NCBI RefSeq assembly: GCF_000446015.1
Contig: NC_022093.1
Location: 720,001 to 752,000, forward strand
Source: Thermofilum adornatum
GTDB taxonomy: Archaea > Thermoproteota > Thermoprotei > Thermofilales > Thermofilaceae
Reading direction: 5' to 3'
DNA length: 32,000 nucleotides
Shown here: one piece after another, positions 7,166-15,147 of the stretch
Layout of the letters: every line of letters begins with the position of its first letter
Numbering within the stretch: the stretch's first letter is position 1
Position numbers and translations under genes: made by a program
Notes under the pieces: generated by a model
Databases searched by the model: none
What the model saw: only the letters and a program-made list of their open reading frames with translations
Told to the model about the DNA's origin: nothing

Positions 7166-7270
7166 GCCGGGGTGGCCGAGCGGTCACACCAAAAAGTGCC
7201 ACAAAAGGCGGCGGATTGCTAATCCGCTGGCGATTTCGCCTCCCGGGTTCGAATCCCGGCCCCGGCGCCA
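7166..7270 (+). tRNA. tRNA-Ser(GCU) with a ~17-nt insert in the D-loop; CCA encoded
   Basis: GCCGGGG-TG-GCC-GAGCGGTC[ACACCAAAAAGTGCCAC]AAAA-GGC-G-GCGGA-TTGCTAA-TCCGC-TGGCGATTTCGCCT-CCGGG-TTCGAAT-CCCGG-CCCCGGC-G-CCA. The anticodon loop TT-GCT-AA gives GCU. The gene is 105 nt against about 88 expected. The acceptor stem is identical to that of the Ser gene at 5780. Confidence 0.85.
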
Positions 7271-7322
7271 TTCTGCAATATATGGGAATAGATTGAAATA
7301 TCTACAAGGCTAGATTAACCAT

Positions 7323-7964
7323 GTGAAGCCTAGATCATTCGTGTTTAGTTTCGGTTTTCGTGAAGATCTTGTTCTTAGGCGGCTTGGGAGTCTTGCTATA
7401 CGTGGAAACGAAAAAATAGTGTTGTTTACGGGTAGCCCTATTGCCCAGGAGACAATCATGGCTTATAACCGGCTGAGAGACTACTGTTCAGAGGTGGGTC
7501 TGAAGAGGCCGAGACTTGTAGAGTTGCCGATTCCCGACTCTACAGAAGCTGTAATCAGAGTTAAACATGAAGTGAAGGGTCTAACTGAGCCGATTATTAC
7601 AGACCTGACAGATGGGAAGAAGTCGGTCTCTCTGGCTGTATTCATGGGTCTACTTCTCTCTGGAAAACTCTTCGAGGTCTTTATTTCCTCGGAGGCCCCG
7701 TTGGGGGAAGAGCTGTGGATACCGCCTGGCATAACAAAGGCTATGTTAGCTCTCAGCAAGGAGAAGCGCCAGATACTGGTAGTCATTTCGAGAAACAAGC
7801 ATTGCACCGTCGATTTAATAGCTCAGAAGGTAGGCCGTGCCCCGAAAACCATAAGGAATCATTTAGTAGATCTGAAAAAGATGGGGCTAGTTGTCTCCTT
7901 AGGCAAAGAAGGTGGCCTGAAGCTTACAAGTTGGGGCCGTGTTGTGTTAAGCGCATATAAGTGA
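7323..7964 (+). CDS. csa3: Csa3-family CRISPR-associated regulator (CARF domain plus C-terminal wHTH)
   Basis: 213 aa with a GTG start. The N-terminal half (SFVFSFGFREDLVLRRL..., EKIVLFTGSP, PIITDLTDGKKSVSLAVFMGLLL) follows the Csa3/CARF Rossmann pattern as I remember it from Sulfolobus Csa3. The C-terminal part, KRQILVVISRNKHCTVDLIAQKVGRAPKTIRNHLVDLKKMGLV, is a winged HTH. Confidence 0.7.
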   Translation: MKPRSFVFSFGFREDLVLRRLGSLAIRGNEKIVLFTGSPIAQETIMAYNRLRDYCSEVGLKRPRLVELPIPDSTEAVIRVKHEVKGLTEPIITDLTDGKKSVSLAVFMGLLLSGKLFEVFISSEAPLGEELWIPPGITKAMLALSKEKRQILVVISRNKHCTVDLIAQKVGRAPKTIRNHLVDLKKMGLVVSLGKEGGLKLTSWGRVVLSAYK

Positions 7965-8028
7965 ATTCTTATCATATACTCCATTTCGTTATAAACAAAT
8001 ATATCCTGGTGATACATAGTTAAATACG

Positions 8029-8838
8029 ATGCTTGTTGTATCCGCCTCGATAGAAGTCTACCCCATCCGCGATACAATTCTGCCACCATTTACAAGCAAG
8101 GTGACCCGGACTGCTTTCGCCTCTCTTTGGGGAGAAGAGCCCCTGCTGGGACGTCTGGGCTCTTTTAGCGTGCTTTACAGGGACGGCAAACCCCTCTACA
8201 AGCGACTAGACACAAGTGAGCTTTTAGTTGCAAGGGCTGGGGAAAGGCTAGAGGCAAGAGTATCGTTCCTGACAGGTGAGAGTCCTCCAGTGCCTGAGGA
8301 TTATTCAACCTTCATGTTCAGCGGGACAGAATTCAACACAAGAGTCACAGGGATAGAAGTTACAACACTAGAAAACCTGCGGATTGATTTGCCGAAAAAA
8401 TTCTCGCTAAAGTTCCTCACACCCACGCTTTTACCTGTCCCTGGAAGAGGAGAATTACTAAAAGAAAAAGGGGTAAAGAGGAGATACAAGCTTCTGCCAG
8501 ATCTCCCCTTGGCGCTACGCCTTCTCACTTATGACTTAAAACTGAAAAAAATAGACCTCATAAAGGCAACGCCCTTCCAGATATATAAATGGGCCTACAG
8601 GGCCCTAGCAGAGCTAGACTACCACGTCAAGCCCGAAACAGTTCTGTATACTGTCAGAGACGGAAAACCGTCAACAGAGAGAGGTTTCACGGGCTTTGTG
8701 CTATACGAGTTACTCGACGAAGCATCCCCCCTAAAACAAGAACTAGAAAAACTCCTGGCATTTGCGCTAAGGTTCGGCATAGGGAAATCTAGAAGCATTG
8801 GGTTCGGGCAGATTTCACTTCAGCCCATACGTAAGTAG
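8029..8838 (+). CDS. cas6: Cas6 CRISPR RNA endoribonuclease (RAMP)
   Basis: 269 aa. The C-terminal glycine-rich loop FGIGKSRSIGFGQI is the Cas6 hallmark. The protein has a two-RRM-like length and beta-rich sequence. The TATA-like TTATAAAC lies about 36 nt upstream. Confidence 0.7.
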   Translation: MLVVSASIEVYPIRDTILPPFTSKVTRTAFASLWGEEPLLGRLGSFSVLYRDGKPLYKRLDTSELLVARAGERLEARVSFLTGESPPVPEDYSTFMFSGTEFNTRVTGIEVTTLENLRIDLPKKFSLKFLTPTLLPVPGRGELLKEKGVKRRYKLLPDLPLALRLLTYDLKLKKIDLIKATPFQIYKWAYRALAELDYHVKPETVLYTVRDGKPSTERGFTGFVLYELLDEASPLKQELEKLLAFALRFGIGKSRSIGFGQISLQPIRK

Positions 8839-8923
8839 GGCGTCTACGCGCTTTTCTTGCATGGCAATAAATATATATGGTTGTTTTAATGGTCATGTGC
8901 GGGTCTTTGGAGGGGTGTAGTGT

Positions 8924-9436
8924 ATGCCGCTGAGGCCTGGTAAGTGCTATAGACACTTTGGGACTCCGCCCTATACTAGGCTAGAGTATATCAAGAGTAA
9001 TCCACCAGTGCTAGTTCCAAAGTTTGACCTTGGCAACCCTAAGGGTAACTTTAATACTATTGTAAAGCTTGTGGTATTAAAGCCTGGCCAGATCAGGGCA
9101 AACGCTCTGGAGGCCGCCAGGCAACATGCAAACAAGTACTTGTCTGCGAAAGTTGGCGACTCAAACTTCTTCCTGCGGTTGACAGTGTATCCGCACCATA
9201 TTCTGCGTGAGAACAAGATGATGGCAATGGCTGGCGCAGACAGGCTTCAGGACGGTATGAGGCTTTCCTTTGGCACTCCAGTCGGGAGGGCTGCCAGGGT
9301 GGACAGCATGCAGGTCATCATGTTTGTCAAGGTTGATGCAAAGAACGTTGACAAGGCAAAGGAGGCTTTACGCCGCGCCGCATCCAAGATTCCCCTGCCG
9401 AGCAGGATAATTGTCGAGACTGTAGGCGGTGCCTAG
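8924..9436 (+). CDS. rpl10e: 50S ribosomal protein L10e (uL16)
   Basis: The N-terminus MPLRPGKCYRHFGTPPYTRLEYI is typical of L10e. The protein is 170 aa. GGAGGGGTG lies just upstream. Confidence 0.9.
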   Translation: MPLRPGKCYRHFGTPPYTRLEYIKSNPPVLVPKFDLGNPKGNFNTIVKLVVLKPGQIRANALEAARQHANKYLSAKVGDSNFFLRLTVYPHHILRENKMMAMAGADRLQDGMRLSFGTPVGRAARVDSMQVIMFVKVDAKNVDKAKEALRRAASKIPLPSRIIVETVGGA

Positions 9437-9479
9437 AGATAGATGACTGGTTTTACTTTAACTGTTAATTGTTTCCTGT

Positions 9480-10184
9480 GTGGGGTTGCTGGGGTTGTCA
9501 GAGCTACATAAGAAGCGTATAGAAGTAGCTGTAAATATATGGGGCGAGATACTTAACGGTTCTTTTTCTTCCCGCGAGGAACTTGTCTCATACCTAGAGG
9601 AGGTCTACAGGACAAATAGACTTGAGCCGATAAGGGGCAAGACAAAGATAAATATCTGGGACAAGGAGCTTGCGACCCTGTACGTCGTTGGAAAGTATGG
9701 CTTGGCGCTTGAGGAGGAGCTCTACAGTTTCCAGAACTTATTCGACATAGAGGTTAAAGCTGACAGAACTATCAGTGCCGTGCTTGAGGGCAGGGATCCA
9801 AGGACAACTCTCCGCGAGCATTTTGGCTCCGAAGATGAGGATCATGTCTTCAGGGTTCTACGGCTGGCAATGACCTCCGTAGTTCTGGGCTTTATGGATG
9901 AGGAGTCATTCATCAAGATACTGGCCGAGTTCGAGAAGGCCTTCCCAGAGCTACGTGAAAACTTTGCAAGCTTCAAGAGGTTCTATATTGCATTTAGGAT
10001 GGCTGAAATGATTGCCTCCGGCAAGATCAGGAACAGAATCGAAAAGGAGGCATACAAGCATGCGATGTGCGTAAAGCTGAACGCCGACAAGTCGGCTCCC
10101 CCCGACGACTTTATACGAGACATAGTTGTCTCTACGTTCAGGGTTCCCGAGCACAGGGCAAACGGGGTTCTGCGGATGGCCTAG
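9480..10184 (+). CDS. conserved hypothetical protein (possibly the archaeal DUF2192 family; name from memory, unverified)
   Basis: 234-aa ORF with a GTG start and helical, non-repetitive composition. It is wedged between two r-protein genes on the same strand. No catalytic motif was recognised. Confidence 0.5.
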   Translation: MGLLGLSELHKKRIEVAVNIWGEILNGSFSSREELVSYLEEVYRTNRLEPIRGKTKINIWDKELATLYVVGKYGLALEEELYSFQNLFDIEVKADRTISAVLEGRDPRTTLREHFGSEDEDHVFRVLRLAMTSVVLGFMDEESFIKILAEFEKAFPELRENFASFKRFYIAFRMAEMIASGKIRNRIEKEAYKHAMCVKLNADKSAPPDDFIRDIVVSTFRVPEHRANGVLRMA

Positions 10185-10262
10185 CCTGTGCCAGATACGT
10201 AAGGTTTTTATACGGTAGCTGTTAAAGAGAATTGCTTTAATAAGTGGTGTAGGGGCAAGTTT

Positions 10263-10556
10263 ATGCCGAAGAAACGTAAGAGCCGTGGTCGTCATAAGGG
10301 TGGAAAGGGCAAGGAAGACCTCGTACAGTGCGACGAGTGTGGAGCACTTGTTCCAAGATCTAAGGCAGTAAAGATAACCAAGCCTGTCATGCCTGTAGAC
10401 CCGTCACTTGCGAAAGAGCTGAGAGACAAGGGAGCCATCCTCCCACAATACACGGTGACCAAGTATCTGTGTCTGCGCTGCGCGATTTACCGCGGAATAA
10501 TAAAGATTAGGCCAGAGGAAGAGAGGAAACAGCAGAAGCTTAAGCTACCATTCTAG
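10263..10556 (+). CDS. rps26e: 30S ribosomal protein S26e (eS26)
   Basis: MPKKRKSRGRHKGGKG...VQCDECGALVPRSKAV...CLRCAIY: a basic N-terminus and a Cys4 zinc motif as in eS26. Confidence 0.9.
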   Translation: MPKKRKSRGRHKGGKGKEDLVQCDECGALVPRSKAVKITKPVMPVDPSLAKELRDKGAILPQYTVTKYLCLRCAIYRGIIKIRPEEERKQQKLKLPF

Positions 10557-10562
10557 GCATAG

Positions 10563-11168
10563 ATGTTTCTCGAAAAGTTATCACGAATATTTTCTGTTTT
10601 TTCTTTTAACAGGATATACATAGTCTACTCAAACACTGCTGTCACCGCTCCAGTTTTTACGCCTGAATCCATGGCTACAGCCGGAGGGAGGATGGACGTC
10701 GTAGCCAGGTCCATTCTCTATGCATTATATGACCAAATAGAGCAACGCGGAGACACGCTCTTCATAGGACTTCTAAATGGATCACCGAGGCCTCCAGTAG
10801 CTCTCTATGCGTGGAGATTGTCCTTGCAAAACAGGTCAGAGCTTGAGGTTGGCGAAGCTATACGTAGGGCTCTCTCGGGCGAGAGGCTGGACGGCATAGA
10901 GGTGGAGAACGGCGCCAGAATCACAGATATCCTTGAGACCGTGAGGAAAACACACAGGGTATACCTCCTAGACGAGTCTGGCATGCATTTTTCCCATTTT
11001 ACATTTACAGGGAAGAACGCTTTTATTCTTGGGGATCACATTGGGATTCCTGCTTGGATAATATCCTCTATTGAGAACATGCTGGACGGCGCGGTTAGCC
11101 TAGGAAAGAAGCCTTACCTTACTAGCCACTGTATAGCTTTTCTCAATGAGCTTATGGATCGAGCTTAG
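10563..11168 (+). CDS. trmY: tRNA (pseudouridine54-N1)-methyltransferase TrmY (SPOUT, DUF358)
   Basis: GGRMDVVARSILYAL, NGSPRPPVALY, FILGDHIGIP and SLGKKPYLTSHCIAFLNELMD parallel, from memory, M. jannaschii TrmY (GRLDLLCRCV, GQPNPPVCI, FIIGDHIGI, SLSPLELHANHCITIIHNVLD). Confidence 0.75.
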   Translation: MFLEKLSRIFSVFSFNRIYIVYSNTAVTAPVFTPESMATAGGRMDVVARSILYALYDQIEQRGDTLFIGLLNGSPRPPVALYAWRLSLQNRSELEVGEAIRRALSGERLDGIEVENGARITDILETVRKTHRVYLLDESGMHFSHFTFTGKNAFILGDHIGIPAWIISSIENMLDGAVSLGKKPYLTSHCIAFLNELMDRA

Positions 11169-13066
11169 CTTGAGGTAAATCCAGCCTCGGCGAATATTTC
11201 CTCTATCTTCCTTGGGGAGGGTCTAGAGGCGAGGGCATTTATAGATACTTCATCTAGTGTTTTCTGTGGATCGTAGTAGAGGACTAGTCGTTTCAGCTCT
11301 TCCATATTGTTCGAGTAGCATCGGGGACATTGTGATGTCTTTACTTGGGAGACTTCGCCACAGTTGAGACACATGTAAAGATTTGCCCTGGTCACTGTGA
11401 ATCCTCGCAGACCTACCCTGTATAGTTGCTTTAATGCCAGGGAGAGGTCTGCTGGAGTAATGCTTTTCACGACTATTTCTGGAACGCTGACGAGTCCTCT
11501 GGATGCGTGGAGTTCTCCCTCAAGTCTAAGATTGTTTGCGATGCTTCTTTTTAGATTGTCACTGTAGATAAACGGGGAAAAATTATTCACGTATTCTGGA
11601 TACATTGTTCTCCAGGCCCTGGCTACTATATGTATATTTCTGTTTGGACTGAAGTAGACGTTTAAAGTGTCTTGACTGTATTCCTTGCTCAGCTTTGTCA
11701 CTTCTTCTATGAATCCTCTTGCTGAGACGAGAAGTCTCTCTAAATAGGACGGTGTTCCCCAAGACTCTATGTAGGCTGGCTGGCTCTGGAGAAGGGTTGG
11801 TTCGTACCCGGGGTATGAAAACTGGAAGGCATAGCTTGGAGTATCCTTTAAGACTTCGCCTATTAGCCTTACGACTCCCGCGCCCCGTCTCTGAAGATTC
11901 TCAAACAGCCGAGCAGAGCTCCTATAAACATCGAGCAGGATGTCTAGTGGGTCTATATTGGTGTCCTTAGATCTGTACAATGTAGGTAACAGGATGCTTA
12001 TGCTTCCAGCCAGTGCTAGGGGTCTATCTATGTTTGGGACAAGAAAGAAGTCCCCTGCCAATACTTTGTCTTCAAATGTGAAGACCAAAGGTACGCCAAG
12101 GTTAATAAGTCTGGTAATGTTCTTTAGGTCTTCCTGGCAAACTGAGTCAGGTTTGTTGACATAAACAGACACTAGGAAATTGTTGGGCGGGAGTTGTCCT
12201 AGCCTTAATAGTTCTATTAGGACTCTGCTTGGCTCTCCGCTAAGAGTTATGGACAAGGTCAGCTTAGTGATGCTTGCCAAAACCTCTAGTATCCTAATGG
12301 AGTCACTGTTCACATTGTCGTCAAGCCTGACAATTACGCCTCGAACCTTTTTACTCAACTTTACAAGTTTTCTGAGGGATTCGGTGGATGATATCGGGAG
12401 ATATATGGCCTGTATTCCTGTTACCCAGTTCACATCGAAAAGGGCTATACCGCTTGCTAGGGGTTCTAGGAGCCCGACTTCTGCCAAAAGATTGGTGTCA
12501 ATACTGTTTCCCGGGAAGGATTCCTCGTTCCCGATCGATATGTGGATGTCGATGTTTTCACGTAGACAGTTACTCGTCATACATTTCTCGAGGAGGAAGA
12601 GTTTAACAATGTTCTCGGGTACAAGTGTCGAGCCGAGCTTTTCGTCGACAAGTGAATATGTATCGAGGAGTACTTTTCTCTTTGTGTCGCGCTTTATCCC
12701 AGGTCTGCAAACATTTTCTAGCAGGGTCTCCATATAAGTTTCGAGGGGGATTACTATCCCGTTTTCTAGGAGCACCGACCTGTATTCCGGCTCCTTAGAT
12801 TTGACTAGGAGTTCATCTAGGTTTGCTAGGACTTTTTCCCCGAGATGAGTGAGACAGTAATACTCGTTTGACGAGTGTATGAGGCCAGCTTTCGACAATT
12901 GTTTAAGGTGAAAAGCTAGTTTCTCAGGTGTTATGTCTAGTTTTTCTGCTAGGTCGCTAAAACGCATATGTTTCTGGTCCCGCAGGACAAAAAGTATGCG
13001 TAACCTAACCTCGTTTGAAAGAGCCTTAAGTACCCCGGCAATTGATTCTGCGCCAGACAATGACAC
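11165..13066 (-). CDS. ArsR-type wHTH protein fused to an ATP-cone-like segment, a large NrdD (class III RNR)-like body and a C-terminal zinc ribbon; function unknown
   Basis: 633 aa with a GTG start. A minus-strand TATA-like CCTAAATAACC lies about 27 nt upstream. The wHTH is LSNEVRLRILFVLRDQKHMRFSDLAEKLDITPEKLAFHLKQLSKAGLI. The zinc ribbon is CLNCGEVSQVKTSQCPRC (nt 11318-11371). The NrdD likeness is argued in the findings. Confidence 0.8.
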   Translation of the reverse strand: MSLSGAESIAGVLKALSNEVRLRILFVLRDQKHMRFSDLAEKLDITPEKLAFHLKQLSKAGLIHSSNEYYCLTHLGEKVLANLDELLVKSKEPEYRSVLLENGIVIPLETYMETLLENVCRPGIKRDTKRKVLLDTYSLVDEKLGSTLVPENIVKLFLLEKCMTSNCLRENIDIHISIGNEESFPGNSIDTNLLAEVGLLEPLASGIALFDVNWVTGIQAIYLPISSTESLRKLVKLSKKVRGVIVRLDDNVNSDSIRILEVLASITKLTLSITLSGEPSRVLIELLRLGQLPPNNFLVSVYVNKPDSVCQEDLKNITRLINLGVPLVFTFEDKVLAGDFFLVPNIDRPLALAGSISILLPTLYRSKDTNIDPLDILLDVYRSSARLFENLQRRGAGVVRLIGEVLKDTPSYAFQFSYPGYEPTLLQSQPAYIESWGTPSYLERLLVSARGFIEEVTKLSKEYSQDTLNVYFSPNRNIHIVARAWRTMYPEYVNNFSPFIYSDNLKRSIANNLRLEGELHASRGLVSVPEIVVKSITPADLSLALKQLYRVGLRGFTVTRANLYMCLNCGEVSQVKTSQCPRCYSNNMEELKRLVLYYDPQKTLDEVSINALASRPSPRKIEEIFAEAGFTSS

Positions 13067-13133
13067 AGAGAAGATAATTGCTGAGGGGTTATTTAGGGGT
13101 TGCTTTCTCCCTGTTTTCCCGAGAAGTAATTAG

Positions 13134-15077
13134 TCACATTTTTGATGGTGGCTCTATCCCCAGCATGTTCAAGCCGTTCCTGACCACCGTACGCACCATG
13201 TATACGACTGCCAGCCTTGAGTTTTTCTTCTCGGGCGTAGGGGCTTTAAGCACTGGGTAGTGATCGTAATAGTAGTTGAACTCCGATGCAAGCGTGTTGA
13301 GGTAATTGGTTAATATGTCTGGCCTCAAGTTGTCAGCGGCCTGCTTAACAGCTTCTGGGAACTGTCCAAGGAGAAATATTAAGGCATGCTCCTCCTCACC
13401 CACCTCGGAGACGCTGAGGCTGTCAAGTGATATCCCCTCTTCTCTAGCTTTCTCAAGAATGCTGTTTGCACGGACATAGCTATACTGAACAAAGGGTCCA
13501 CTGTTCTGCTCAAAGTTGAGTATTCTATCCCAGTCAAATGTGAGAACCTTGTTCGGGGAGGTGCTAAGGAAGAAAAACTTCAAAGCGCCAAGCCCAACTT
13601 TCTCGGCGTCTTCTTCTCTGCCTATCCCCCTCTTCTTTATCTCTGCCTTTGCCCTGGAGACAGCCTCTTCAAGCACATCGTCTGCTGCAACATATACGCC
13701 TTTCCTGCTCGTCATTCTTGTACCAGGCAAGTTGACCATCTCATAGGAATAATGTATAAGCCTCTCGCCAATGTCTCTGTAGCCAAGAACATATAGGGCT
13801 AGCCTGAGCTGTGCCTGTGCAAGGGTCTGTTGGACGGCAATCACATTTATGACTCTGTCTGCCTTGGAAAGCTTCCAGATTGAGTAAGCAATGTCACGCG
13901 TAGTATACAGTGTTGTTCCGTCAGACCTTATAAGTGTCATTGGTGTAATGTCAAGGCCTTTAGGTATCCCAGCACGGCTTCTAGCTTCCTCAGACTCTGC
14001 TACCAGGTCAGCCCTAAATACGAGAGCGCCATCTTTTCGCTCGACGTAACCGCTGTCTCTAAGTTTTTCCAAGACGTCCTCCGTAAGACCGCTCCAAACA
14101 GTTATCTCGCTTTCCCAGTCCCAGCTGTCAAAAAATATGCCGAGCCTGTTCAGTGTTTCACGGATACCATCCATACAGTAGCTGATCATTCCGCGTACAA
14201 GTCTTATTGCTTCTCTATCGCCTTTCTCGTACCCCCTGTTCAGCCTCCTTATCTCCTCTTCAGGATCCTCTACATTATTCACCCAGGACGAGAGTTTTTC
14301 GAAGGCATCTGGTAGCCTTTCTGCATATTCCTTCAGCCTCCACATGTAGTCGGAGATTTTCCTGTTTATTTCTGGCGCGGTGTTTTCGTCTGCCTTCTCG
14401 AGCTCTTTCTTGAGTTTCTTTATCTCGATCAAGAGGTTAATCATTGTATAGAGTGAGCCAACATAATGGTCCCTCTTCATTGAAGACTTCGCGGTTTCGG
14501 CGACCCTGTAAGCCATAGCGGCGTAGGCAACCTGTAACCCTACGTCATCAATGTAGAAGTGTGTCTTGACATTGTGCCCCCTACTCTTGAGAAGCCTTGC
14601 AATAGTGTCGCCCAGTACACCGTTTCTCAGATGGCCGATATGCAGTGGGTGGATAGGGTTAGCACTTACATGTTCTACGATAATTTTCCGGGTCTCAGTA
14701 GAAGGTACACTGCCATAGGAGTCTCCAAGCCTAGTAACAGAGTTGAAAACTATCTCCGCGTACCTCTTCTCGTCAATGACAATGTTAAGGAAACCATTAA
14801 CAACACTGCTACTCTTGACAAGCCCCGAAGGCTTATAGCCCGACAAAACAGATACAAGTTCCTCAAACTTCACACCGGAAGTCCTAGCAAGCTTCGAAAC
14901 AGGCACGGCTAAGTCTCCGTACTCTCTTCGTGTCGCTTGTAGCTCTACGGCGTCAGGAGGAATGTTCAGCCCGTTAGTCTTAAAGAAACCTATGAGAGTC
15001 TCCCTGACACTTGTAACAAGCCATTCATAGGGGTTATGTATGATTGCCTCCGGCAAATCTATCTCCCAGCAAAACAT
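13134..15077 (-). CDS. argS: arginyl-tRNA synthetase
   Basis: HIGH-type motif SANPIHPLHIGHLRNGVLGD, the MTSRKG (KMSK-equivalent) loop, and a C-terminal DALR-type anticodon-binding region ending ...GIEPPSKM. I placed the start at the ATG at 15077 (MFCWEI...). The longer ORF that runs to a TTG at 15164 would overlap the HIT gene, but it remains possible. Confidence 0.9.
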   Translation of the reverse strand: MFCWEIDLPEAIIHNPYEWLVTSVRETLIGFFKTNGLNIPPDAVELQATRREYGDLAVPVSKLARTSGVKFEELVSVLSGYKPSGLVKSSSVVNGFLNIVIDEKRYAEIVFNSVTRLGDSYGSVPSTETRKIIVEHVSANPIHPLHIGHLRNGVLGDTIARLLKSRGHNVKTHFYIDDVGLQVAYAAMAYRVAETAKSSMKRDHYVGSLYTMINLLIEIKKLKKELEKADENTAPEINRKISDYMWRLKEYAERLPDAFEKLSSWVNNVEDPEEEIRRLNRGYEKGDREAIRLVRGMISYCMDGIRETLNRLGIFFDSWDWESEITVWSGLTEDVLEKLRDSGYVERKDGALVFRADLVAESEEARSRAGIPKGLDITPMTLIRSDGTTLYTTRDIAYSIWKLSKADRVINVIAVQQTLAQAQLRLALYVLGYRDIGERLIHYSYEMVNLPGTRMTSRKGVYVAADDVLEEAVSRAKAEIKKRGIGREEDAEKVGLGALKFFFLSTSPNKVLTFDWDRILNFEQNSGPFVQYSYVRANSILEKAREEGISLDSLSVSEVGEEEHALIFLLGQFPEAVKQAADNLRPDILTNYLNTLASEFNYYYDHYPVLKAPTPEKKNSRLAVVYMVRTVVRNGLNMLGIEPPSKM

Positions 15078-15147
15078 ACTTGGTACACATAAAAAGATTA
15101 GCTCTATGCGCTTCCGGCTGAAAGTATACACTATTGAGCTTAGAGCT

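Noticed and set aside
5780-7270. The two tRNA-Ser genes share identical acceptor stems and nearly identical 3' halves (CCCGGGTTC[A/G]AATCCCGGCCCCGGCGCCATTCT). These could be read as attL/attR direct repeats bracketing an integrated element.
   Set aside because: Both are complete tRNAs with different anticodons (GGA and GCU), so the similarity is ordinary isoacceptor identity. The 1.3 kb between them holds only a Pcc1-like gene, tRNA-Arg and one unknown ORF. No integrase or other mobile-element gene is present.
12180-12737. Long antisense ORFs inside well-supported genes: 12180-12737, 16403-16915, 23302-23808, 24009-24494, 19933-20355, 28034-28456, 1451-1855 and 853-1042.
   Set aside because: Each lies opposite a gene with strong family motifs. 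They have Ser/Leu/Arg/Cys-rich, low-complexity translations typical of antisense frames, and they lack promoter-like boxes at their starts.
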